Source: an uncultured Bacilli bacterium
GTDB taxonomy: Bacteria; Bacillota_I; Bacilli_A; RF39; UBA660
DNA: 27,084 nt
Direction: 5' to 3'
Assembly: GCA_944363895.1 (NCBI GenBank)
Contig: CALVVP010000080.1
Coordinates: 1-27,084 of the forward strand
Shown: positions 17,460 through 27,084 of the stretch, one piece after another
How positions within the stretch are numbered: the first letter of the stretch is position 1
Layout: each line of letters starts with the position of its first letter
Notes under the pieces: generated by a model
What the model was told of the DNA's origin: nothing
What the model saw: the letters and a program-made list of their open reading frames with translations, nothing else
Databases searched by the model: none
Position numbers and translations under genes: made by a program

Positions 17460-17582
17460 TTAATGAGCTAAAACTTTACGGCCTTTTTTACGACGATTAC
17501 TTACTATTTTAGACTTAGTACGTGCTAAGAAACCCATTTTTTTACTTCTTTTACGATTATTTGGTTGATAAGTTCTTTTCAT
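17460..17582 (-). CDS. rpmH: 50S ribosomal protein L34 (40 aa, short variant)
   Basis: [21 protein letters not shown]...[11 protein letters not shown]; ATG 17582 after GGAGGTGG. The 63-aa ORF-track version is over-extended. Confidence 0.95.
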   Translation of the reverse strand: MKRTYQPNNRKRSKKMGFLARTKSKIVSNRRKKGRKVLAH

Positions 17583-17622
17583 TATAATCCACCTCCAATA
17601 ATTTTTGCCAATTGCTTTATTA

Positions 17623-17651
17623 ATTATATAGATAAAAGTTATTTTTGTCAA
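17623..17651 (-). promoter_or_regulatory. Consensus sigmaA promoter for rpmH
   Basis: Minus strand TTGACA (17651-17646)-17 nt-TATAAT (17628-17623), perfect consensus. Confidence 0.88.
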
Positions 17652-17739
17652 ATATTTTTTAATTAAAACAGAAATTAATAATTATTATGTCATAACATTA
17701 TCGACTAAACATTAACACAAACTTGATGAAATAATTTAT

Positions 17740-17915
17740 TTTTCCACATTTTTAAAAGTTATCCACATTTTTATTAACATATGTGGATAAAATTATTAAC
17801 ATTTTTTAGACAAAGTTGATAAAGTTATCCACAAAAAAGTGGATAACTACTATTTTTTAATAAATAAAAGTAATTTTCCCTGTGGATTTTTATTTTTTTT
17901 TAATATTTTTCCACA
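17740..17915. promoter_or_regulatory. oriC part 1: DnaA-box cluster upstream of dnaA
   Basis: TTTTCCACA 17740 and 17907; TTATCCACA 17759 and 17825; TGTGGATAA 17782; AGTGGATAA 17838 (1 mismatch); weaker TTATTAACA 17771 and 17793, AGTTGATAA 17814, TGTGGATTT 17881. Confidence 0.93.
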
Positions 17916-17976
17916 TTTTTGTAGCGTTTTTTAAGAAAATAAGGTAGAATATATATGAAACAAAGTGGGTGATATT

Positions 17977-19341
17977 GTGGATATAAATAGTATATGGAAT
18001 TCTTTTTTAGAAAAAATTCAAAATAGTTTAACGCCAGTATTATATGATATGTGGTTTTCAGAAACAAAATTAATTGAACTTACTGAAGAATATGCTAAAA
18101 TATTAGTACCAATGTCACTTCATAAAAAACATTTAAGAGAAAACTACATTGATTTAATTGATAAAACTTTTACTGAAGTAACTGGTTCAATCTTTAAATT
18201 TGAATTTGTAACAGAAGATGATTTAAATAATGAAACCATTATTGATATCGATGAAATTGGTGTTCCAGAAAATGCTACTTTTCAATCAAACCTTGACCCT
18301 AAATATACTTTTGAAAACTTTATTTCCGGAGCTAGTAATAAATTTGCTAAAGCTACAGCTTTAGCTGTTGCAGAACAGCCAGGAAGTATGTATAATCCAT
18401 TATTTATATATGGAAAAAGTGGACTAGGTAAAACTCACTTAATGCATGCCATCGGTAATTATATAAAAGAAAATAGTCGCAAAAAAGTATTATATGTAAC
18501 AACAGATACTTTCGTCAATGATTTTTTAAAAATTTACCGTAAAAATGAAAATGATAGCAATTTTGAAACAATTGATACTTTTAAAGAAAAATATCGAAAT
18601 GTTGATGTTTTAATGATCGATGATATCCAATATTTAGAAATTGCTCATAAAACGCAACAAGAATTCTTTAATACTTTTAATGATTTATATACAAATAATA
18701 AACAAATTGTCATTGCCTCTGATCGATCACCAGATGATTTAAAAAAATTAGAAGAAAGATTAAGAACTCGATTTGTTTGGGGATTGATTGTCGATATTCT
18801 TCCACCTGATTATCAATTAAGAATGAATATTATTGATAATAAAATCGATGGAAATAACATGAATACTTTTTTTCCACAGGATGTCAAAGAATATATTGCC
18901 AACAATTGCACTAGTGATATTCGCAAACTAGAAGGAGCCATTACGCGAATTATCGCTTATGCCACAATCATGAATGGTTCCGATATTACATTAGATTTAG
19001 CTATGGATGCTTTAAAAGATTATTTTGGAACAACAACTATTTCAAAAAATAAAATTGAACAAGTTCAACAAATTATTGCTAATAATTATAATATTAGTAT
19101 TGAAGATTTAAAAGGTAAAAGAAAATCTAATGATATCACAATTCCAAGACAAATTGCTATGTATATTTGCCGAGTCTATTTGAAAGAATCACTTCCCCGT
19201 ATCGGATCAGAATTTGGGGGAAAAGATCATACTACAGTCATGCATGCAGTCAACAAAATAAAAAAAGAAGTAGAAAATAATGATGAACTTAATATTGAAA
19301 TTAACAAAGTTCTTAATCAATTACCGTGGATAACTAAATAA
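17977..19341 (+). CDS. dnaA: Chromosomal replication initiator DnaA
   Basis: Walker A GKSGLGKTH, Walker B LMIDDIQ, RLRTRF, DIRKLEGA, GGKDHTTVMHA. GTG 17977 preferred over 17965 because AAGTGGGTGAT is at RBS spacing. Confidence 0.98.
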   Translation: MDINSIWNSFLEKIQNSLTPVLYDMWFSETKLIELTEEYAKILVPMSLHKKHLRENYIDLIDKTFTEVTGSIFKFEFVTEDDLNNETIIDIDEIGVPENATFQSNLDPKYTFENFISGASNKFAKATALAVAEQPGSMYNPLFIYGKSGLGKTHLMHAIGNYIKENSRKKVLYVTTDTFVNDFLKIYRKNENDSNFETIDTFKEKYRNVDVLMIDDIQYLEIAHKTQQEFFNTFNDLYTNNKQIVIASDRSPDDLKKLEERLRTRFVWGLIVDILPPDYQLRMNIIDNKIDGNNMNTFFPQDVKEYIANNCTSDIRKLEGAITRIIAYATIMNGSDITLDLAMDALKDYFGTTTISKNKIEQVQQIIANNYNISIEDLKGKRKSNDITIPRQIAMYICRVYLKESLPRIGSEFGGKDHTTVMHAVNKIKKEVENNDELNIEINKVLNQLPWITK

Positions 19342-19445
19342 AATCCCCATATTATCCACTATGGGAAATAATAGTAAATACAATCTTTTATTAAAGTTTT
19401 CCACATTATCCACATCGATAATAATAACAATATATATATTTATAA
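19325..19445. promoter_or_regulatory. oriC part 2: DnaA boxes and probable DNA unwinding element between dnaA and dnaN
   Basis: CGTGGATAA 19325 (inside the last dnaA codons), TTATCCACT 19352, abutting TTTTCCACA 19397 and TTATCCACA 19406, then ATAATAATAACAATATATATATTTATA. Confidence 0.88.
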
Positions 19446-19462
19446 AAAAAGGAGCTGAATTT

Positions 19463-20584
19463 ATGAATTTTAAAATAAAAAAAGAAAATTTGATGAAACA
19501 TTTAAATTTTGTTATTAAAGGTATATCAAATAAAAACATTAGACCAATATTAAATTGTATAAAATTTGAATTAAAACCGGAAGGTTTATATTTATCAAGT
19601 ACAGATAATGATATTGCAATTAGAACTTTTATTACTAATAAAGAAATAGAAGAAGATTATAACTGTGGAAAATTTGCTGTATCAGGAAAATATATTTATG
19701 ATATTATTAGAAAATTACCTAATGAAATTATTACAATCGAAGAAGTAATGGATTCTAAAATATACATTTCCACAACTAATATTTCCTTTTCTCTTAATTG
19801 CAATAATGTTGAAGAATTTCCTAATTTAGAATTAGAAGAAAGTAAAACGCCAATTATCTTAAGTAATAAAGTTTTAAAAAATATATTTAATCAAACCGCT
19901 TTTGCTGCTTCGACGCAAGAATCACGACCAGCGATTACTGGTATTAATTTTAAAATCAATAAAAATATCTTAGAGTGTACAGCTACTGATTCTTATCGTT
20001 TAGCTAAAAAAATTATTAATTTAAATCAAAATATTGAAGATGATGTTAATATTATTATTCCGACTAAAAATTTAATTGAATTATCGCGGATGTTTAATGA
20101 TGAAGAAGAAATGGTTGAAATTCATATTTTTAACAATAAAATAATCTTTAAATTTGGTACTATTATAATGTTATCACGGTTGATAAATGGTAATTATCCG
20201 GATGTTTCTAAGTTAATTCCTACCGAATTTTTATTAAAAATTACAGTATCAACTAGTGAGTTTTATGCTTTACTTGATCGAGTATCACTTTTTTCCACAG
20301 AAGAGGAAAAAAATACGATTAAATTAGAATGTAATGATAACATGATGGTTGTTTCATCAAATATTCCAGAAATAGGAAATGTTGTGGAAAAGTTAGAAAT
20401 CGAAAAAAATAATCAAGAAAATATAAAAATAGCTTTTTCTTCTAAATATATGATGGATGCTATTAAAGTATTGGATTGTGAAAAAATCGAACTTGCTTTT
20501 AATGGTGAAATTAAACCAATTATTATCAAAAATCCTGAGGATGAAAATTTAATTCAATTAATTGTTCCAATCAAAACTTATTAA
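19463..20584 (+). CDS. dnaN: DNA polymerase III beta sliding clamp
   Basis: ISNKNIRPILNCI, STQESRPAITG, ATDSYRLA, SRLINGNYPD, IAFSSKYMMDA, LIVPIKT. Start ATG 19463 after AGGAG (373 aa); the ORF-track start at 19361 runs through oriC. Confidence 0.97.
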   Translation: MNFKIKKENLMKHLNFVIKGISNKNIRPILNCIKFELKPEGLYLSSTDNDIAIRTFITNKEIEEDYNCGKFAVSGKYIYDIIRKLPNEIITIEEVMDSKIYISTTNISFSLNCNNVEEFPNLELEESKTPIILSNKVLKNIFNQTAFAASTQESRPAITGINFKINKNILECTATDSYRLAKKIINLNQNIEDDVNIIIPTKNLIELSRMFNDEEEMVEIHIFNNKIIFKFGTIIMLSRLINGNYPDVSKLIPTEFLLKITVSTSEFYALLDRVSLFSTEEEKNTIKLECNDNMMVVSSNIPEIGNVVEKLEIEKNNQENIKIAFSSKYMMDAIKVLDCEKIELAFNGEIKPIIIKNPEDENLIQLIVPIKTY

Positions 20585-20609
20585 AAATGCAAAAAAATGC
20601 ATTTTTTTT
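20583..20609 (+). terminator. Intrinsic terminator after dnaN
   Basis: AAAAATGCA-AAAAAA-TGCATTTTT followed by further T residues. Confidence 0.6.
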
Positions 20610-20614
20610 ATATT

Positions 20615-20641
20615 TTCGACAAAATTCGACAAATTTCGACA
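20615..20641. promoter_or_regulatory. Three tandem TTCGACA (= TGTCGAA, Spo0A box consensus TGNCGAA) sites at 10-bp period upstream of the comK-like gene
   Basis: TTCGACA at 20615, 20625 and 20635; followed by TG-A-TATAAG at 20651-20659 (imperfect extended -10). Confidence 0.7.
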
Positions 20642-20700
20642 ATATATCTGTGATATAAGAGTAATGCCATTTTTATTTGGTCAGGGAGGGAGGTAAATTG

Positions 20701-21171
20701 ATGTTTGATGAATATTATATTAATGATGATACATTATTGATTGTACCATTTGGAAAAAATAAATCTAAAATATACGATATAAATGGAACTTATATTGTAA
20801 AAAAGTCAGTATTTGAAATTGTCGATATTAGTTGTCAATATTATGGCAGTAGTTATTCTGGTAGATATATTGGTGCTAAAAATTTATTAGATATGGATTA
20901 TAAATTACCAATAATTGTCGATGAAGTCAAAGAAACAGTTATTTTTCCAACTTGTTCACCTAAATCAGATAGTTGTTGTTGGTTATGTGTGAATAATATC
21001 GATAATTATGAAAAATTAAAGAAAAATTCTAAAGTTAAATTTGTTAATGGCTTAACTTGTGAACTTAAAATATCGCTTAATTCTTTAGAAAATCAAATAA
21101 TGCGAGCAACGATGTTATTAATGCGATTAAAAAGAAGAAAAAATAGTCCTAAAAAAAGTGTAATAAAATAG
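20701..21171 (+). CDS. comK: ComK-family (competence transcription factor-like) protein, 156 aa
   Basis: YYINDDTLLIVP, IVDISCQYYGSSYSGR, YKLPII, IFPTCSP..DSCCWL, VKFVNG..ELKIS...LENQIMRA match the ComK family pattern. ATG 20701 after GGAGGGAGGT. Orthology to true ComK is not established. Confidence 0.8.
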   Translation: MFDEYYINDDTLLIVPFGKNKSKIYDINGTYIVKKSVFEIVDISCQYYGSSYSGRYIGAKNLLDMDYKLPIIVDEVKETVIFPTCSPKSDSCCWLCVNNIDNYEKLKKNSKVKFVNGLTCELKISLNSLENQIMRATMLLMRLKRRKNSPKKSVIK

Positions 21172-21197
21172 GTAATTTGCCTATTTTATTTGTTTTT
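21162..21197 (+). terminator. Intrinsic terminator after the comK-like gene
   Basis: AATAAAATAGG-TAATTTG-CCTATTTTATT (11-bp stem containing the stop codon) followed by TGTTTTT. Confidence 0.75.
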
Positions 21198-21219
21198 AGG
21201 GACTATTTTATGATATAAT
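21190..21219 (+). promoter_or_regulatory. Putative extended -10 sigmaA promoter for recF-gyrB-gyrA
   Basis: TG-A-TATAAT at 21211-21219; weak TTGTTT at 21190-21195 (18-nt spacer). Confidence 0.6.
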
Positions 21220-21297
21220 ATATATGTGAGTAAGGGTGTACATAAATAGGTTAAAACCGAAAATAGTGCCATTTTATGCAAAAAAAGAGGTGGATAT

Positions 21298-24346
<3,049 letters not shown>

Positions 24347-24357
24347 GGTGGTGAATT

Positions 24358-26811
24358 ATGGATAGATTAGAAAAAAGAAATATAGTAGATGAAGTAAGAC
24401 AATCTTTTATTGATTATTCGATGAGTGTTATTGTTTCACGGGCTTTACCGGATTTAAGAGATGGTTTAAAACCTGTTCATAGACGTATATTATACACAAT
24501 GTATGAAGACAATTTAACACCCGATAAGCCATTTAGGAAAAGTGCAACTACGGTTGGTGCTGTTTTAGGTCGTTATCATCCGCATGGTGACTCCTCAGTT
24601 TATGATGCGATGGTTAGAATGGCTCAAGATTTTAGTTATCGTTATGTTTTAGTTGAAGGTCATGGTAATTTCGGTTCGATCGATGGTGATGGAGCAGCTG
24701 CTTATCGTTATACGGAAGCTCGTCTTTCTAAATTATCACTTGAATTATTAAGAGATATAAATAAAAATACGATTGATTTTACTCCTAATTTTGACAATAC
24801 AACAAAAGAACCAGTTGTTCTACCTAGTAGATTTCCTAATATTTTAGTAAGTGGAACAATGGGAATCGCTGTTGGTATGGCCACTAATATCCCACCGCAT
24901 AATTTGGGTGAGGTAATTGATGGTTGTGTTGCTTATATTGACAATAATGATATAACTGTTTCTGAATTAATGCAGTATATTAAAGGTCCAGATTTTCCAA
25001 CAGCAGCAACTATTTTGGGCAATAATGGTATTAAAAAAGCTTATGAAACTGGTCGTGGGACAATTACTATTCGTAGTAAAGTCGAAATTGTGGAAAATAA
25101 CAATAAAAATCAAATTATTATTACAGAATTACCTTATCAAGTTAATAAAAAAGCTTTACAAGAGCGGATTGGTGAATTAGTTCGGGAAAAAATAATCGAC
25201 GGCATTAGTGATCTTCATGATGAAAGTAATTTAAAAAATGGTATTAGATTAGTTGTCACTTTGAAAAAAGAGGCTAATGCTAATGTTGTTTTAAATAATT
25301 TGTTTAAACATACTCAATTACAAACTACTTTTGGAATAATTTTATTGATGTTAGATGAAGGTCGTCCTAAAATTTTAAATTTAAAAGAAATTATTTCTAA
25401 ATATATCGATTATCAAAAAATAATTATTATTAGAAGAACTAAATTTGATTTAGATAAAGCTGAAAAAAGAGTTCATATTTTAGAAGGTTATAAAATCGCT
25501 TTAGATAACATCGATGAAGTAATTAAAATTATTAGAAATGCGGAAAGTGATGTTATCGCAAAACAGGAATTGATGAATCGTTTTGGTTTATCTGATATTC
25601 AATCTGATGCTATTTTAGAAATGAAGTTAAGAAGATTAACTGGATTAGAAAGAAATAAAATTGAAGAAGAATTAAAAGAATTGTTAAGTTTAATTGAAGA
25701 ATTGAGAGCTATTTTAGAAAGTGATGAGAAAATTTATAATATTATTAAAGAAGAATTATTAGCAATTAAAGAAAAATATGGTGATGAAAGAAGAACTAAT
25801 ATTGATATGACTGCCATTGAGTATATTGAAGATGAATCTTTAATTCCTGTTGAAGATATTGTTATTACTTTAACTAATAAAGGTTATATTAAGCGAATGA
25901 CTACTGATACCTATAAAACCCAAAATCGTGGGGGAGTGGGAATTAAAGGTATGGCAACTAATGAAGATGATTTTGTTGAAAATATTATTTCTATGACTAC
26001 TCATGATTATTTATTGTTCTTCACTAATAAGGGTAAGGTATATCGAATAAAGGGTTATGAAGTACCTTTATATAGTCGTCAATCTAAAGGATTACCAATT
26101 ATTAATTTGTTGTCTTTGGATAAAGATGAATCAGTAAAAGTTATGCTGAAAGTTAGTAATGAAGAAAAAGATAAATATATTGTATTTTGTACACAAAAAG
26201 GACTAGTTAAAAGAACAGATTTAAGTGAATTTGAAAATATCAGAACAAATGGTAAAATCGCTATTACTTTAAAAGATGATGATGAGTTAATTTCTGTTAA
26301 GAAAACTAATGGTGAAAATGAGATAATAATTGCTTCTTCTAATGGTAGAATGATTCGATTTAATGAAAATGAAATTAGAGTAATGGGACGTACTGCTTCT
26401 GGTGTTCGTGGTATTGATATTGGCGATGGTGTAGCAGTAGGATGTGAAATTGCTGAAAAAGGTCAGAAGATTTTAGTTGTAACAGAAAAAGGTTATGGTA
26501 AAAAAACTGATGTTGAAGAATATCGTATGACTCATAGAGGTAGTAAAGGTGTTAAAGGATTAAATGTTACTGAAAAAAATGGTAATATTGTATCATTTAA
26601 AACTGTTCATGATGATGAAGATTTGATGATTATTACTAATAGTGGTGTTATTATAAGATTGCCAATTGAACAAGTTTCTTCAACTGGTCGTATTGCCCAA
26701 GGTGTACGATTGATTAATTTGAAGGATGATCAAAAAGTTTCTACTGTTGCAATGATTGAAAAAGAAAAAGAAAGTCTAATTGAAAATGAAGAATCTAGTG
26801 ATAATGACTAG
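24358..26811 (+). CDS. gyrA: DNA gyrase subunit A
   Basis: [27 protein letters not shown], catalytic RYTE, GyrA-box-like QNRGGVG at 25921-25941, C-terminal beta-pinwheel repeats. Confidence 0.97.
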   Translation: MDRLEKRNIVDEVRQSFIDYSMSVIVSRALPDLRDGLKPVHRRILYTMYEDNLTPDKPFRKSATTVGAVLGRYHPHGDSSVYDAMVRMAQDFSYRYVLVEGHGNFGSIDGDGAAAYRYTEARLSKLSLELLRDINKNTIDFTPNFDNTTKEPVVLPSRFPNILVSGTMGIAVGMATNIPPHNLGEVIDGCVAYIDNNDITVSELMQYIKGPDFPTAATILGNNGIKKAYETGRGTITIRSKVEIVENNNKNQIIITELPYQVNKKALQERIGELVREKIIDGISDLHDESNLKNGIRLVVTLKKEANANVVLNNLFKHTQLQTTFGIILLMLDEGRPKILNLKEIISKYIDYQKIIIIRRTKFDLDKAEKRVHILEGYKIALDNIDEVIKIIRNAESDVIAKQELMNRFGLSDIQSDAILEMKLRRLTGLERNKIEEELKELLSLIEELRAILESDEKIYNIIKEELLAIKEKYGDERRTNIDMTAIEYIEDESLIPVEDIVITLTNKGYIKRMTTDTYKTQNRGGVGIKGMATNEDDFVENIISMTTHDYLLFFTNKGKVYRIKGYEVPLYSRQSKGLPIINLLSLDKDESVKVMLKVSNEEKDKYIVFCTQKGLVKRTDLSEFENIRTNGKIAITLKDDDELISVKKTNGENEIIIASSNGRMIRFNENEIRVMGRTASGVRGIDIGDGVAVGCEIAEKGQKILVVTEKGYGKKTDVEEYRMTHRGSKGVKGLNVTEKNGNIVSFKTVHDDEDLMIITNSGVIIRLPIEQVSSTGRIAQGVRLINLKDDQKVSTVAMIEKEKESLIENEESSDND

Positions 26812-26821
26812 ATTCTTTTTT
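26789..26821 (+). terminator. Intrinsic terminator overlapping the gyrA stop
   Basis: AAGAATCTAGT-GATAATG-ACTAGATTCTT (11-bp stem) followed by TTTT. Confidence 0.75.
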
Positions 26822-26910
26822 AATTTTTAAAATTGTAATGAAATATTTTTTTAATATTGAAAATTATGTTAAAAATTATATTCAATTTTTAAAAATGGTA
26901 AGAAGATTTT

Positions 26911-26940
26911 TTGATTTCAACAAGTTATCCACAGTATAAT
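26911..26940 (+). promoter_or_regulatory. Putative sigmaA promoter containing a perfect DnaA box in its spacer
   Basis: TTGATT (26911-26916)-18 nt-TATAAT (26935-26940); TTATCCACA at 26925-26933. Confidence 0.55.
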
Positions 26941-26958
26941 CGGAGTTTTAAAGAGGTT

Positions 26959-26983
26959 GCATAATTTCTTATAGAAATTATGC
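26959..26983. repeat. Perfect inverted repeat 1 (11-bp arms, 3-nt centre)
   Basis: GCATAATTTCT-TAT-AGAAATTATGC. Confidence 0.9.
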
Positions 26984-27015
26984 TTTTTCCCATTAATTTA
27001 TTAATGGGAAAAAGC
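26982..27015. repeat. Perfect inverted repeat 2 (16-bp arms, 2-nt centre)
   Basis: GCTTTTTCCCATTAAT-TT-ATTAATGGGAAAAAGC. Confidence 0.92.
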
Positions 27016-27020
27016 CCGTA

Positions 27021-27084
27021 TAACTAATGTTTCACGTGGAACTATAAATAACTAATGTTTCACGTGGAACTATAAATAACTAAT
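27021..27084. repeat. 28-bp tandem repeat, each unit carrying a parS (ParB/Spo0J binding) site; truncated by the window end
   Basis: Unit TAACTAATGTTTCACGTGGAACTATAAA starts at 27021, 27049 and 27077 (partial). TGTTTCACGTGGAACT at 27028-27043 and 27056-27071 matches parS TGTTTCACGTGGAACA at 15 of 16 positions. Confidence 0.88.

Noticed and set aside
17919-17950. dnaA promoter (TAGAAT at 17945-17950)
   Set aside because: Plausible -10 but no convincing -35 at 16-18 nt, so not called as a feature.
19321-19539. 72-aa minus-strand ORF across the dnaA-dnaN gap
   Set aside because: Overlaps dnaN, dnaA and the oriC boxes; low-complexity product.
20593-20605. ComK box AAAA-N5-TTTT upstream of comK
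   Set aside because: Part of the dnaN terminator hairpin, no properly spaced partner, and trivially common at this AT content.
26951-26974. AAGAGG followed by mini-ORF TTG CAT AAT TTC TTA TAG
   Set aside because: The RBS-like motif abuts the start with zero spacing and the ORF is five codons.
27021-27084. 28-bp repeat as a CRISPR array
   Set aside because: Units are head-to-tail with no unique spacers, no cas genes are in view, and the core is a parS match.
26941-27084. rRNA operon leader after gyrA, as in B. subtilis
   Set aside because: No boxA or 16S/tRNA sequence visible; cannot be excluded beyond the window edge.

Overview
A very AT-rich (roughly one quarter GC by eye) chromosomal replication-origin region from a Bacilli-type bacterium. 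TGA is used as a stop, so this is genetic code 11; an Erysipelotrichales/RF39-like lineage is plausible but is inference only. The canonical origin block is present: rsmG-mnmG-mnmE-(HD protein)-jag-yidC-rnpA-rpmH on the minus strand, a bipartite oriC with DnaA-box clusters on both sides of dnaA, and dnaA-dnaN-(comK-like)-recF-gyrB-gyrA on the plus strand. Departures from the Bacillus template: (1) the Noc-type ParB protein after rsmG has a ~320-aa acidic, Pro-rich linker with 60-bp and 48-bp tandem repeats, no N-terminal amphipathic helix and a hybrid set of DNA-specificity residues; (2) soj-spo0J are absent from their usual place, which holds a convergent operon (family-6 DNA glycosylase, 2537-aa cyclic beta-1,2-glucan synthase-like protein, pgi); (3) a ComK-family gene sits where yaaA normally is, preceded by three perfect tandem Spo0A boxes at 10-bp period; (4) after gyrA there is a composite non-coding element: a sigmaA-like promoter with a perfect DnaA box in its spacer, two back-to-back perfect palindromes, and a 28-bp tandem array of parS sites running off the window edge. 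No rRNA, tRNA, CRISPR array or transposase was seen. All motif calls were made by eye, with no database searches.
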